Below are positions 37,792 to 47,791 of a DNA stretch of 64,000 bases, piece after piece; position 1 is the first letter of the stretch; the number at the start of each line of letters is the position of its first letter. A program made the position numbers and the translations under genes. The notes below the pieces were generated by a model. It did not search any database. It had not been told where the DNA came from and saw nothing but the letters and a program-made list of their open reading frames with translations. Origin of the DNA: Trueperaceae bacterium (lineage in GTDB: Bacteria > Deinococcota > Deinococci > Deinococcales > Trueperaceae); the NCBI GenBank assembly GCA_034520945.1, contig JAXHNB010000010.1, positions 192,001-256,000 on the forward strand, in the 5' to 3' direction.

Positions 37792-40773
37792 ATGCCCGAA
37801 CGCGATTCCGACCCGCGGTCTCCCACCATCGGCCGTGCGCTCCTCGACGCCTTGCGCGGCCGCCCGCGGCACGTGATCAGCGACGCAGGCCCCACCTACG
37901 CAGGTCGCGACGGCCACCGCACCCGCTTCCCGGGGCCCAGCCAAATCGGGCTCGACAGCCATCCCCCGTCGAGCGAGTGGGACGACTGGCGCGAGGGGCG
38001 CTCGCACGACGGCAAGAGCGTGGGCCGGCGCTACGCCCTGGTGCCGACCATCTGCTTCAACTGCGAGTCCGCCTGTGGCCTGCTGGCGTACGTCGACCAC
38101 GAGACGGACACGGTGCGCAAACTCGAGGGCAACCCGCTGCACCCGGGCTCACGCGGCCGCAACTGCGCCAAGGGACCGGCCACGCACAACCAGATCACCG
38201 ACCCCGACCGCATCCTCTACCCCCTCAAGCGGGATGGAGCACGCGGCGAGGGCGCCTGGAAACGGGTGTCGTGGGACGAGGCCCTGGACGACATCGCCGC
38301 CCGCATCCGTGCCGATATCGACGCCAGCGGCGGACGTCACGTCGCGTACCACGTCGGGCGGCCTGGCGAAGACGGCTTCACCAACCGCGTCCTGCAGGCG
38401 TGGGGCATCGACGGGCACAACAGCCACACCAACCTGTGCTCCAGCGGCGCCCGCGCCGGCTACGCGTTCTGGATGGGCATCGATCGGCCCTCGCCCGACT
38501 TCGCGGAGGCGGACTTCATCCTGCTGCTCTCGTCCCACCTCGAGACCGGGCACTACTTCAACCCGCACGCGCAACGCATCGTGGAGGCGCAGGCCCGCGG
38601 GGCGCAGGTCGCGACCTTCGACCCGCGCCTCAGCAATACCGCCTCCCGCAGCGACATCTGGCTTCCCAGCTACCCCGGCAGCGAAGCGGCCGTGCTGTTG
38701 GCGGTCGCCCACCACCTGATCTCGAGCGGGCAGTGGGACCGTGCCTTCGTGCGGCGCTGGTGGAACTGGGAGGCGTACCTGCAGAATCTGCGGCCGGACC
38801 TCGAACCCACCTTCGCCTCGTTCGAGCAAGCCCTCCAAGAGCTGTACCAGGCCTACACCTTCGCCTACGCCGCGGAGGAGTCCGGCATTCCCCAGGACCG
38901 CATCGAGGCGCTCGCCGAGGGGATCGCCCGCGCCGGTTCGCGCTTCTCGAGCTACAACTGGCGCTCGGCCGGCGCCGGCAACGAGGGCGGGTGGCAGGTG
39001 TCGCGCTGCCTGATGTTGCTGCACGGCCTGACCGGTTCGATCGGGACGCGTGGCGGGTTCTGGCCCAACACGTGGACGAAGCACGTGCCGCCCCCGCCTC
39101 GTCCCGCCCCCGGGCCAGGCTGGTGGCAGGACCTGCACATGCCCGAGGAGTACCCGCTGGCGTTCTTCGAGATGAGCTTCCTGCTGCCGCACCTGTTGGA
39201 GGACGGCCGCGGGCATCTGGACGTGTACTTCACGCGCGTCTACAACCCGGTGTGGACCAACCCGGACGGCTTCAGTTGGATTCGCGCGCTCAGCGACGAG
39301 ACGAAGATCGGCCGTCACGTCGCCTTGACCCCGACCTGGAACGAGTCCGCCTGGTACGCCGACTACGTCCTACCCATGGGCCACGGCAGCGAGCGGCACG
39401 ACGTGCAGTCGCAGGAGACCGGGCGGGCGCAGTGGATCGGCTTCCGGCAACCGGTCATGCGCGCCCACTACGAGCGGACCGGCCGTCCCTTCCGCGACAC
39501 GCGCGACGTGAATCCCGGCGAGGTGTGGGAGGAGAACGAGTTCTGGATCGAGCTGTCGTGGCGCATCGACCCCGACGGCTCCCTGGGCATCCGCAGCTAC
39601 TTCGAGAAGCCCGACGCCCCGGGCGAGAAGATGACCGTGGACGACTACTACGGCCATCTGTTCGACAAGGGCGTGCCGGGCCTGCCGGACGCGGCCGAAC
39701 GCGAGGGCCTCTCGCCCCTGCAGTACATGCGGCGCTACGGCGCCTTCGAAGTCACGGCCGACCCGAGCGCCCGCTACCTCGAGGAGGTGCCCGAGGCCGA
39801 GCTGCGGGAGCGCGAGGTCAGCCCCGAGGGCGTGGTGTACGCCCGGCGTGACGCGGGCGGCTACGGGCCGAAAGCGGCGCCGCTGGCGGACGGACGGCAG
39901 GCGGTCGGCGTGACGATCGAGGGTCGCACCCTGCGGGGTTGGCCCACACCGAGCGGCAAGTTGGAGTTCTACTCCCCCACCTTGGACGCCTGGGGCTGGC
40001 CCGAGTACGCCGTGCCGACCTACATGAAGAGCCACGTGCACCCGAGCAACCTCCGGGAGGGCGAGGTGGCCCTCCTTCCGAACTTCCGCCTGCCGGTACA
40101 GATCCACACCCGCAGCGCCAACGCCAAGTGGCTGAACGAGATCGCGCACACCAACCCGTTGTGGATCCACCCCCGCTACGCGGCCCACCTGGGCGTCCAG
40201 ACCGGCGACCTGCTGCGCGTCACCACCCGCATCGGCCGCTTCGTGCTGCCCGCCTGGGTGACGGAGGCGATCCGCCCGGACATCGTGGCCTGTTCGCACC
40301 ACTTCGGCCGCTGGCGCCTGGACGACGCGGCGGGCGGCAACCGCCAGCAGTCCGCGCTGGTCGACCTGAAGCGCGACGGCGAGACCTGGACCCTCACCCG
40401 CAAGCAGGGCGCCAAGCCGTTCGCGTCGAGCGACCCCGACACGTCACGCATCTGGTGGAGCGACGTGGGGGTCCACCAGAACATCACCTTCGAGGTGCAC
40501 CCCGACCCCGTGTCGGGCATGCACTGTTGGCACCAGGCCGTCCGCGTCGAGCGCGCCCAGCCCGGCGACCGAAACGGCGACGTCCATGCCGACACCGAAG
40601 CGGCCCACGCGTCCTACCGCGAATGGTTGGCGAAGACCCGCTCGGCCCGTGCCTACAGCCCCGACCGCACCCGCCGGCCGCGCTGGCTGCCACGTCCGTT
40701 GCATCCCACAGGCGAGGCGTACGCGCTGCCGGACGACGCGCCGCCCGCCGAAGCGGTGGCGTCGCACGACTGA
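37792..40773 (+). CDS. Mo/W-bisPGD oxidoreductase catalytic subunit (DMSO reductase superfamily), no Tat signal
   Basis: ATG after AGGAGG; FS0 motif CFNCESAC...CAKG; RILYPLKR; HNSHTNLC; ADYVLP; TPSGKLEF; HTRSAN. Confidence 0.92.
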   Translation: MPERDSDPRSPTIGRALLDALRGRPRHVISDAGPTYAGRDGHRTRFPGPSQIGLDSHPPSSEWDDWREGRSHDGKSVGRRYALVPTICFNCESACGLLAYVDHETDTVRKLEGNPLHPGSRGRNCAKGPATHNQITDPDRILYPLKRDGARGEGAWKRVSWDEALDDIAARIRADIDASGGRHVAYHVGRPGEDGFTNRVLQAWGIDGHNSHTNLCSSGARAGYAFWMGIDRPSPDFAEADFILLLSSHLETGHYFNPHAQRIVEAQARGAQVATFDPRLSNTASRSDIWLPSYPGSEAAVLLAVAHHLISSGQWDRAFVRRWWNWEAYLQNLRPDLEPTFASFEQALQELYQAYTFAYAAEESGIPQDRIEALAEGIARAGSRFSSYNWRSAGAGNEGGWQVSRCLMLLHGLTGSIGTRGGFWPNTWTKHVPPPPRPAPGPGWWQDLHMPEEYPLAFFEMSFLLPHLLEDGRGHLDVYFTRVYNPVWTNPDGFSWIRALSDETKIGRHVALTPTWNESAWYADYVLPMGHGSERHDVQSQETGRAQWIGFRQPVMRAHYERTGRPFRDTRDVNPGEVWEENEFWIELSWRIDPDGSLGIRSYFEKPDAPGEKMTVDDYYGHLFDKGVPGLPDAAEREGLSPLQYMRRYGAFEVTADPSARYLEEVPEAELREREVSPEGVVYARRDAGGYGPKAAPLADGRQAVGVTIEGRTLRGWPTPSGKLEFYSPTLDAWGWPEYAVPTYMKSHVHPSNLREGEVALLPNFRLPVQIHTRSANAKWLNEIAHTNPLWIHPRYAAHLGVQTGDLLRVTTRIGRFVLPAWVTEAIRPDIVACSHHFGRWRLDDAAGGNRQQSALVDLKRDGETWTLTRKQGAKPFASSDPDTSRIWWSDVGVHQNITFEVHPDPVSGMHCWHQAVRVERAQPGDRNGDVHADTEAAHASYREWLAKTRSARAYSPDRTRRPRWLPRPLHPTGEAYALPDDAPPAEAVASHD

Positions 40774-40778
40774 ATGGC

Positions 40779-41744
40779 GTGATCACGCACGCGCCCGACG
40801 CCCGCGAACTCGCCGGCTACGAACGCCTGCTCGCCCTCCTGTTCGCCAAGGAGCCGGACGACGAGCTTCGCGCGCTCATGGCGGGGATCCCCGAACTCGC
40901 GGCGTACGCCACGCCCGAGGCCGCCGGGCGCCATACGCACGTGCTGGTGCTGAACGCCTACCCGTTCGCGTCGGTGTACCTGGACGAGGGAGGCGCGCTG
41001 CACGGACGCCGGGCCGCCTTCACGCGCGACGTGTTGCGGGCGCTCGGCCTTCAGGTGGAGGGGCGCGAGGGCATGGCCGCCGATCACGTCTCCGTGGCGC
41101 TCGACGCGCTGGTCGCGTTGCTCGAGCGCGAGGCCGACGCCGCAGGTCCGCTCGAGGCCCGCCGCGCTCGGCACGCCCAACGCACGGTGTTGGCCGAACA
41201 CCTGCTCCCGTGGGCCCCATCGTTCCTCGGCGCCGTCCAGCGCGTCGACGAAGGGGGACTCTACGGCGCCGCGGCCGGTTTGGCGCGGAAGACCCTCGTG
41301 CAGCACGCGCGTCGCCTCGATGAGGCGAGCACGGGCGAAGCGCCGGCGCCGACGCCCACCACACGCGCCGACGCGGCCACCGACGAAGCGGAGGAGCCGG
41401 GCGAGAACGGCGCCGTGGCGTGGTTGGCCTCGCCCGCCCGCTGCGGGATGTTCCTGAGCCGGCACGACCTGGCCGTGCTTGGCGCGTCCGCTGGCATTCC
41501 CACCCGCATCGGAGGCCGCCGCTTCGTCCTCGAGGCCATGGTGCGCGCCGCGCACGAAGAGGCCGAGGCAACGGCATTGACCCGTGCGCTGTCGGCGTTC
41601 GCCTCGGCGCGCCGCGCCGAACTTCAGGCCTGGATGGACGAGGCCCCCGCCTACGCAGGAGCCTGGCGGCCGTGGCTGGCGACGCTGGACGCGACGCGAA
41701 TGCGGCTCGAGGAGGGCGTTCTGGACGGTGCCGGTTCGCTGTGA
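40779..41744 (+). CDS. TorD/DmsD-like Mo-enzyme chaperone with C-terminal extension
   Basis: PFASVYL, ADHVSVAL, EHLLPW; start codon uncertain. Confidence 0.8.
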   Translation: MITHAPDARELAGYERLLALLFAKEPDDELRALMAGIPELAAYATPEAAGRHTHVLVLNAYPFASVYLDEGGALHGRRAAFTRDVLRALGLQVEGREGMAADHVSVALDALVALLEREADAAGPLEARRARHAQRTVLAEHLLPWAPSFLGAVQRVDEGGLYGAAAGLARKTLVQHARRLDEASTGEAPAPTPTTRADAATDEAEEPGENGAVAWLASPARCGMFLSRHDLAVLGASAGIPTRIGGRRFVLEAMVRAAHEEAEATALTRALSAFASARRAELQAWMDEAPAYAGAWRPWLATLDATRMRLEEGVLDGAGSL

Positions 41745-41769
41745 CGGCTCGTGGCGCCTGCGGCTCGCC

Positions 41770-44700
41770 CTACGCGTTCCGGCGCACCGTGATGGTGCTG
41801 CCGACGTCCTGCGGCTCGACCAGCACCTGCGTGGGGATGCGGCGCTTCAGCTCGGCCACGTGGGTGATCACGCCGACCATGCGGTTCTCGGCGTGCGGCA
41901 GGTGCCGCAGGATGTCGACGGCCTTCTCGAGCGCGACCTCGTCCAGGCTGCCGAAGCCCTCGTCCACGAACAGGGCCCCTAGCTCCACCCCGCCGCTGTA
42001 GCGCTGCGCGCACTCGCTGAGGCCCAACGCCAGCGCGAGCGCGGCGAGGAACCCTTCGCCGCCGCTGAGGGTCTTGGCGGGCCGGCGGCCGCCGCCGGCA
42101 TGATGGTCGGCGACCTCGAGCTCCAGGCCGCGGTTGCTGCCGCGCGTCTCGTCCCGGACCAGGTGCAGGGCGTAGCGGCCGCCGGTCATGCGGTGCAGGT
42201 GGGCGTTGCCGACGGCGAGCACCTCGCCGAAGATGGACTGCAGCACGAAGGTCTCGAAGTCGATCTTGGCGCGGCCGGTGAGCCTGCCGCCGGCGAGGTT
42301 GGCGAGGTTCTGGGTCGCCTCCAGGCGTTGGCGGCTGCGTTCGTACGCCTTCTCGGCCGCCTCCAGCTTCTCCAGGGTGGCCTCGAGGGTGGTCGCCGCC
42401 TGGGTGGCACGGTGCAGCGCCGCGTCCGCTTCCTCCCAGGCGCGCTGCGCTTCGTTCTTGGCCGCCTGCAGCGCCTCCAGGTCGGGGGGCGCTTGGTCGG
42501 CCAGCTCCTGGCGCAACGTCTCCACCTGTGTGCGCGCCTTCTGGAGCTCCGCGTCGAAGGTGCGGAGGTCCTCCTGGCGCCGCTGCAACTCGCCTGGGTC
42601 CATCGCGGCGGCCGCGAGCTCGTCCTCGCCTGCGAACCCGCAGGCGTGCAGTCGCTGTCGCAGGTCGGCCTCCGCCTGCTCCAGGTGGGCGCGGGCCGTG
42701 GAGAGCACCTCGTCGCGCTCCTTCAGGGTGGCCGCCGCCGTCTCCTGCTCGGTGGCGGCCGTGGCGTGCGCCTCCTTCGCCGCCTCCAGGGCGGCATTCC
42801 GTTCGTCGAGCCGCGCACGTCGCTCCCGCAACCGGGCGTGGAACGCGTCGGGTTGGTGCAGCTCCTCGGGCAGTTGGTTCAGCACCTCGCGAATGCGCTC
42901 GTCCAGGTTCTCGATGTGCTGGCGGCGACGCGCCAACTCGGTGCGCGCCTCGGCCAGGCGCGTCTGCTGCCGCTCTCGCTCCTGCGTGATCTCGTGCAGC
43001 TCGCCGTCGATCTCGGTGAGGCGGTTCTTGGCGCCCTCGGCCTGTTCGCGGCGTGCGCGCGTGTCGTTGAGCGAGGTCTCGAGCTGGTCGCGGGAGGGGC
43101 GTTCGGCGTCGTCCCAGTCGTGCTCGGCGAGGACCGTCTCCTGCCGCTTGCGCACCTCGTCCGCTTGCGTCTGCAGCGTGGCCAGCTCGTGGCGGGTCCG
43201 TTCGTATTGCTCCAGTATGGCGCGGAGCGCGTCGGCGTCCACCGTGTCGTGCGGGTGGGGGTGCTCGGTGCTGCCGCAGACGGGGCAGGGCGCGCCTGGT
43301 GCCAGGTCCGCGGCCGCGAGGCCGGCGGCGTGATGGCGCACCACCTCCAGCAGTGTGGCGCCGTGCCCCTGCACCAGCTCGTCGGGGACGCGTTCGAGCT
43401 CCCGCTGGCGCCCGTCGATGTCCGCTCTGGCGCCGGTCGAGCTCGTCGAGTTCGCGCGCCGCCTTCGTGCGCACGCCCAGGCGATCTTCCTCTTTGCGGA
43501 GCCGGTCGAGGTCGTGCGCCAGCGGCGTGATGCCCGCGCGCTCTTCGTCCAGCGTCGTCCTGCGCCGGTCCAGTTCGCCGAGTGCCTGCTGCGCCTCCCG
43601 TTCGGTCGCCGCGAGCCGGGACACCGCCGCTTCCTCTTCGCCACGTTCGGTGCGCGCCTTATCGAGCCGCGCCACGCGTTCTTCGAGACCGGCCAGGTGC
43701 TGGATCTCCCGTTCCAGCGCCGGCCGCTCGGCGCTGCGGGCCTCCTCGCCGTCGAGCGCCTGCTTGGCCTTCTCGACCTGGGCCCGGGCCGTCTCCGCGG
43801 CGTCCCATGCCTCCTTCTGCCGTGCCGTCGCCCGCTCGAGCGCCTTGCGGGCATGGTCGCGTGCCTCCCGCCGGTCGGCGACCTTGGCGGCCTGTTCGGC
43901 CGACCGTAGCCGCTCGCGCTCCTTTTCCATCGCTTCGGTTCGTTGCTGCAGCTCGTCCAACTCGGTTTGCCGCGCCGTGAGCGCCTCGAAACGTTCCTGC
44001 AGTGTGCCCGCCGCCTCCAACGCGGTGGTGGCTTGGGCGAGGGTCTCCTGTCGCGCCTTGCGCGTGGCGGTTGCCTCCTCGCGCCGGGCACGCGCCGCCT
44101 CGAGCTGGGTCACCAGTTGGTCGCGGTTGTCTGCCCCCGCCTCGCCCAGCAGCTCGCGGCGCCGGTCCTGCAGGTGATCGGCTTCGTCGGAGAGGCGCTT
44201 GGCTTGATCCTTGAGCTTGCGGGTGAGGGCCGCGAAGCGGCCGGTGTCGAACACGCGGGCCAGCACCTCGCGGCGGCCCTCGTCGTCGGTGACGACCTCG
44301 CGGAACTGGCCCTGCGGCAGCACCACCGTCTGGCGGAACTGTTCGGCGGTGCAGCCCAGCAGCGCCTCGATCTGCTCGCTGACGGCCCGCGCCTTGTCGG
44401 CCAGCGTTTCGACGGGCTCGCGCCCCGCGTCCAGGCGCTCCAGCAGGGCCTCGGCGGGCGCGTCGCGCAGCCCCTCGCCGCGGAGCTTGGCGCGGCGTTG
44501 CGCGGGGCTGCGGGTGACGCGGTAGGCCTCGCCGTGCACCTGGAACTCGAACACGACCCTGCTCAGGGCACCCTCGTCCAGGGTGGAGACGAACTCGGCG
44601 CCGCTGCGCTCGACCTTCTTGGTGTCGAACAGCGCGTAGGTCATGGCGTCCAGAAGCGTGCTCTTGCCCGAGCCGGTGGGGCCGTGGATGAGGAACAAAC

Positions 44701-44785
44701 CGGCGCTGCCGACCCGTTCGAAGTCGACCTCCTGGGGGTCCAGGAAGGGGCCGAACGCCTCCAGGCGAAGTCGGAGCGGCCTCAC
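41770..44785 (-). pseudogene. sbcC: SbcC/Rad50 SMC-like ATPase split by a +1 frameshift near 43426 (real lesion or assembly error)
   Basis: N-terminal frame has Walker A GPTGSGKST and Q-loop LPQGQF. The other frame has zinc hook CPVC, LSGGE, DEGFGSLD, ITH. Junction reads CGC CAG [A] GCG GAC. Confidence 0.88.
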
Positions 44786-46128
44786 GGCGAGGTCTCCCCT
44801 TCCGCCTCGGACCGCCCGCTCACGCCTTCTCGGGGGTTCGGTTCGCTCTCATTGACCTCGTCGCCTGGCTCGTCGTCCTGCGCCAGCACCTCGTGCAGCA
44901 CCTCGCGCTCCAGATCGCTGGGATCGCTGCCGAACACGTGCCGGTAGAAGCTCAGGAAGGCGTCGCCGGCGCGCATGGTGCGGGTGTTGCCTGTCAGCGG
45001 GGTCGCCTCGTCCTGCGCGATGATCGCCGGCTGCTCCAGCAGGGCGTGGGGGTGCACCTCCCGCAGGCGCCGCAGGGCGTTGTCGATCGGCTGGCGGTCG
45101 GTGACGGTGATCCACAGGTAGTCGTCGGGGTCGCCGTGCGCTTCTGCCGCGGCCGCGTCCGGCTGCGCTGCGGCTTCCTCGCCCGCCTCACGCGCCTGCT
45201 TGGCGCGGCGGGCCGCTTCGCCGTGGGCGATGACCTCGTCGAAGCTGACGTCGCTCACCATGCGGACCTTGCGCCGCACCGGTAGGGGCGCCTGGCGGAT
45301 CTCGATGCCGCCCGCGTCGGCACCTGCCGAAGCGGGAACGTCGATCAGCGTCACGCTCTTGTCGCCGGGCTCGTCGAAGGCGTAGGGGTACAGGCCCCCG
45401 GCGTAGCGAAGCGGCGTCGAGCCGGTGAGGGTACGGGGCGTGTGGAGGTGCCCGAGGGCGACGTAGGCGAAGCCTTGAAAGCAGTCCGGCCGCACGCCGC
45501 CCGCGCCGCCGACCATCAGGGCGTCCTCGCCGTCGGACTCCTCTCCGCCGCCCTCCACGAAGGCGTGCGCAAGGGCGATGGCGGGCACGCCGGGGGTGCG
45601 CTGCGCCCGGGCGCGGTCCAGCAGTGCCGCCATGGCGGCGTGGTAGTCGAAGTCGCCGAGCGGCCCGGACGCGTCCTCGGTCGTGTCCGCGTCGCCATCG
45701 TCCTCGGCGTTGCGCCACGACCGCACGTGCGCCGGCTTGTGGAACGGCACGCCGAACACGTCCACGCCGGCGATGCGGACGGGCCGGTCCACCGTAGCGA
45801 GCTGATTCAGGACGTGCAGCCCGGCGGTGCGAGCCATGCGGGCGTTCATGGCCAGCCGCTCGGCGTGGTCGTGATTGCCGGGGATCACCACCAGCGGCAC
45901 GCCGCGGCGCGCCACGATCCGTTCCGCCGCCCATTCCCACAGTTGCAGGGCCCGCACGGGCGGGATGGGCGCGTCGAACACGTCACCGGCCAGCAGCACG
46001 GCGTCGGGCCGTTCGGCGTCGACGACGTCGAGAAGCCGTTCCAGCGCCTCGCGTTGCTCGTCGATCAGCCAGAAGTCGTGCAACCGCTTGCCGAGGTGCC
46101 AGTCGGCGGTGTGCAGAAAGGTGGGCAC
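44782..46128 (-). CDS. sbcD: SbcD/Mre11 nuclease
   Basis: HTADWHLG, AGDVFD, GNHD, AHAF, LGHLH. Confidence 0.95.
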   Translation of the reverse strand: MPTFLHTADWHLGKRLHDFWLIDEQREALERLLDVVDAERPDAVLLAGDVFDAPIPPVRALQLWEWAAERIVARRGVPLVVIPGNHDHAERLAMNARMARTAGLHVLNQLATVDRPVRIAGVDVFGVPFHKPAHVRSWRNAEDDGDADTTEDASGPLGDFDYHAAMAALLDRARAQRTPGVPAIALAHAFVEGGGEESDGEDALMVGGAGGVRPDCFQGFAYVALGHLHTPRTLTGSTPLRYAGGLYPYAFDEPGDKSVTLIDVPASAGADAGGIEIRQAPLPVRRKVRMVSDVSFDEVIAHGEAARRAKQAREAGEEAAAQPDAAAAEAHGDPDDYLWITVTDRQPIDNALRRLREVHPHALLEQPAIIAQDEATPLTGNTRTMRAGDAFLSFYRHVFGSDPSDLEREVLHEVLAQDDEPGDEVNESEPNPREGVSGRSEAEGETSP

Positions 46129-46352
46129 GCGGCCTCCTACGCGCGGAACGCGGGACGGGTTCGGGGCGAGGTGGCGGGAAAACCGTTCGGGTCGGCGTTC
46201 GACGTCGAGGGCGCCTCGCGTTGCATCACACTTTCAGCGTACGGACGGTGCGCGACGGGGAGCGTCGCGCCAGCATCTCGGGCGTGGCACGCCTCTCGAT
46301 AGGCCTGCTCGTAGCCACCGCGGACCATCTCGGCGTCGGCGCCGAAAGCCTC

Positions 46353-46814
46353 TCAGGGTCGACCTGCCACGCCCTGCCTGGCGTCGTCGCGGGCGATGCA
46401 CCCAAGCACGTAGGCGCGGGGTGTGAGACCACGAGCGGCGGCGCGTTCGAGGATCTCTGAGGGAAGGGAAATCGTACGCTCGGCGGACCGCGTGGCCGGG
46501 ATTTGCTGCTCGCCAACGACGATGTTCATTGCGAGTTCCGCGCCCACGGCATCCACGTATCTCATGACCGACGCCATGGTCGGATTGTGACCGGTGCGTT
46601 CCATGCGCGACACCGCGCTTTGGCGCAAGCCGGACGCTTCCGCGACCATCTCCTGCGTCATACCCGAAGCCTCGCGCGCCCTACGAAGTGCAGCTGGGAG
46701 GTAGAGGTGAACTTCCTCATCGAGGGCCGCTTGCCGAGCTTCCGAATCAGAACTGGCGAGCTGATCCAGCCATTCCAAGAAGGTCCCGTCCTCTGGAGGG
46801 ATGTGCTGGCTCAT
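46353..46814 (-). CDS. XRE-HTH antitoxin (HigA-like) with C-terminal extension
   Basis: LRRAREASGMTQEMVAEASGLRQSAVSRME..NPT; ATGA overlap with the toxin. Confidence 0.85.
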   Translation of the reverse strand: MSQHIPPEDGTFLEWLDQLASSDSEARQAALDEEVHLYLPAALRRAREASGMTQEMVAEASGLRQSAVSRMERTGHNPTMASVMRYVDAVGAELAMNIVVGEQQIPATRSAERTISLPSEILERAAARGLTPRAYVLGCIARDDARQGVAGRP

Positions 46815-47200
46815 GCCGTGCGGCTCCTCTCTTCGTAGTCCTTCATACGTCGAATCGCGACGTCGATCTCCTTCGCGGGTATGCGATCGGTGGGCGTTCC
46901 AGTCTTGGCGAACCCATGGACAAGCACGATTTTACGACCCTCCCTGGGGTAGAAGAGAAACCTTGGATTGTGCGTCGAATGGGGAAGGCGTAGCTCCCAT
47001 AGCTTTCTCCGAGGGTCGCCGACCTCGCCCTTGAGACTCTTGATGACGTCACCTCCAGCACGCAGGCCGTACGCTTGCAAGTAGTGAACACGGGTGCGAA
47101 ACCTCCCCTGCTCGGCCCGCTCTAAGCTCGCGAGAAACCGTCGTACGGGGCGATGTCCTTGCTCGTCGACGTACTCGACGACGCTCCATTCAGGTTCCAG
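46811..47200 (-). CDS. RelE/HigB-like (Gp49/DUF891) toxin with probable CTG start
   Basis: The frame is open upstream of the ORF-track TTG: LEPEWSVVEYVDEQGHRPVRRFLASL...LWELR...RFLF...VLVHGFAK. AGGAGGAGG lies 8 nt before CTG 47200. Confidence 0.82.
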   Translation of the reverse strand: MEPEWSVVEYVDEQGHRPVRRFLASLERAEQGRFRTRVHYLQAYGLRAGGDVIKSLKGEVGDPRRKLWELRLPHSTHNPRFLFYPREGRKIVLVHGFAKTGTPTDRIPAKEIDVAIRRMKDYEERSRTA

Positions 47201-47228
47201 GGGCGGAGCCTCCTCCTGCGAACTACAT

Positions 47229-47246
47229 TATCACTTCTGCGTGATA
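47229..47246. promoter_or_regulatory. Inverted repeat TATCAC-N6-GTGATA overlapping a -10 (GATAAT, minus strand); probable TA autorepression operator
   Basis: Perfect 6-bp arms immediately upstream of the toxin RBS. Confidence 0.6.
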
Positions 47247-47371
47247 TTGAAGGCGCGGGCAGCACATCACCTCGCGCAGGCGACTTCGACAAGCATCCCA
47301 CTGGTTCGACCATCGAGGGGGCAGCCAACCCGTACGTGCCCAGAGGGTCAGCTATGTTTGCCGACCAGGCC

Positions 47372-47791
47372 TCAGGATCCGCCTTGCCTCTGCTCCACGT
47401 CGATCCGCCGCGTCTCGCCGGTCGCGATCAGGGTGCGGGTGCAGTCGACGCTGGCGTAGGTCCAGAAGATCCGCATCGGGGCGTGGTCGGAGGCGTTGAG
47501 GAAGCGGTGCGGCACGCCGGGCGGCAGCCAGGTGGTGTCGCCGGCGGACAGGCGGTGCTGCGCGCCGTCGATCTCGCAGATGGCGTCGCCGTCCAGCACC
47601 ATCACGCTCTCCTCGCAGTCGTGCTGGTGCAGGCCGATGGCAGCGCCGGGATCGAACGCGGTGATGCCGTTCAGGACGGTGGTGGAGCCGCAGGCGCGCG
47701 TCACCAACGGCGTGGTGCGCGCGCCGTTGCCGCGGTCGATGGTGGGTCGTTCGGCCGGGCGCAGGATGGCGGCCTGCTTGGTGTCGCTCAT
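47372..47791 (-). CDS. Cupin domain protein
   Basis: Start MSDTKQ after GGAGG; HQHDCEE...PPGVPHRF. Confidence 0.88.
   Translation of the reverse strand: MSDTKQAAILRPAERPTIDRGNGARTTPLVTRACGSTTVLNGITAFDPGAAIGLHQHDCEESVMVLDGDAICEIDGAQHRLSAGDTTWLPPGVPHRFLNASDHAPMRIFWTYASVDCTRTLIATGETRRIDVEQRQGGS

Noticed and set aside
37792..40773. Selenocysteine or formate dehydrogenase assignment
   Set aside because: No in-frame TGA, and the candidate ligand context HTNLC is not the FDH type.
41651..44785. 1044-aa ORF as an intact SbcC
   Set aside because: Past ~43426 it is out-of-frame sequence. The hook, signature and Walker B motifs are in the 41770-44091 frame.
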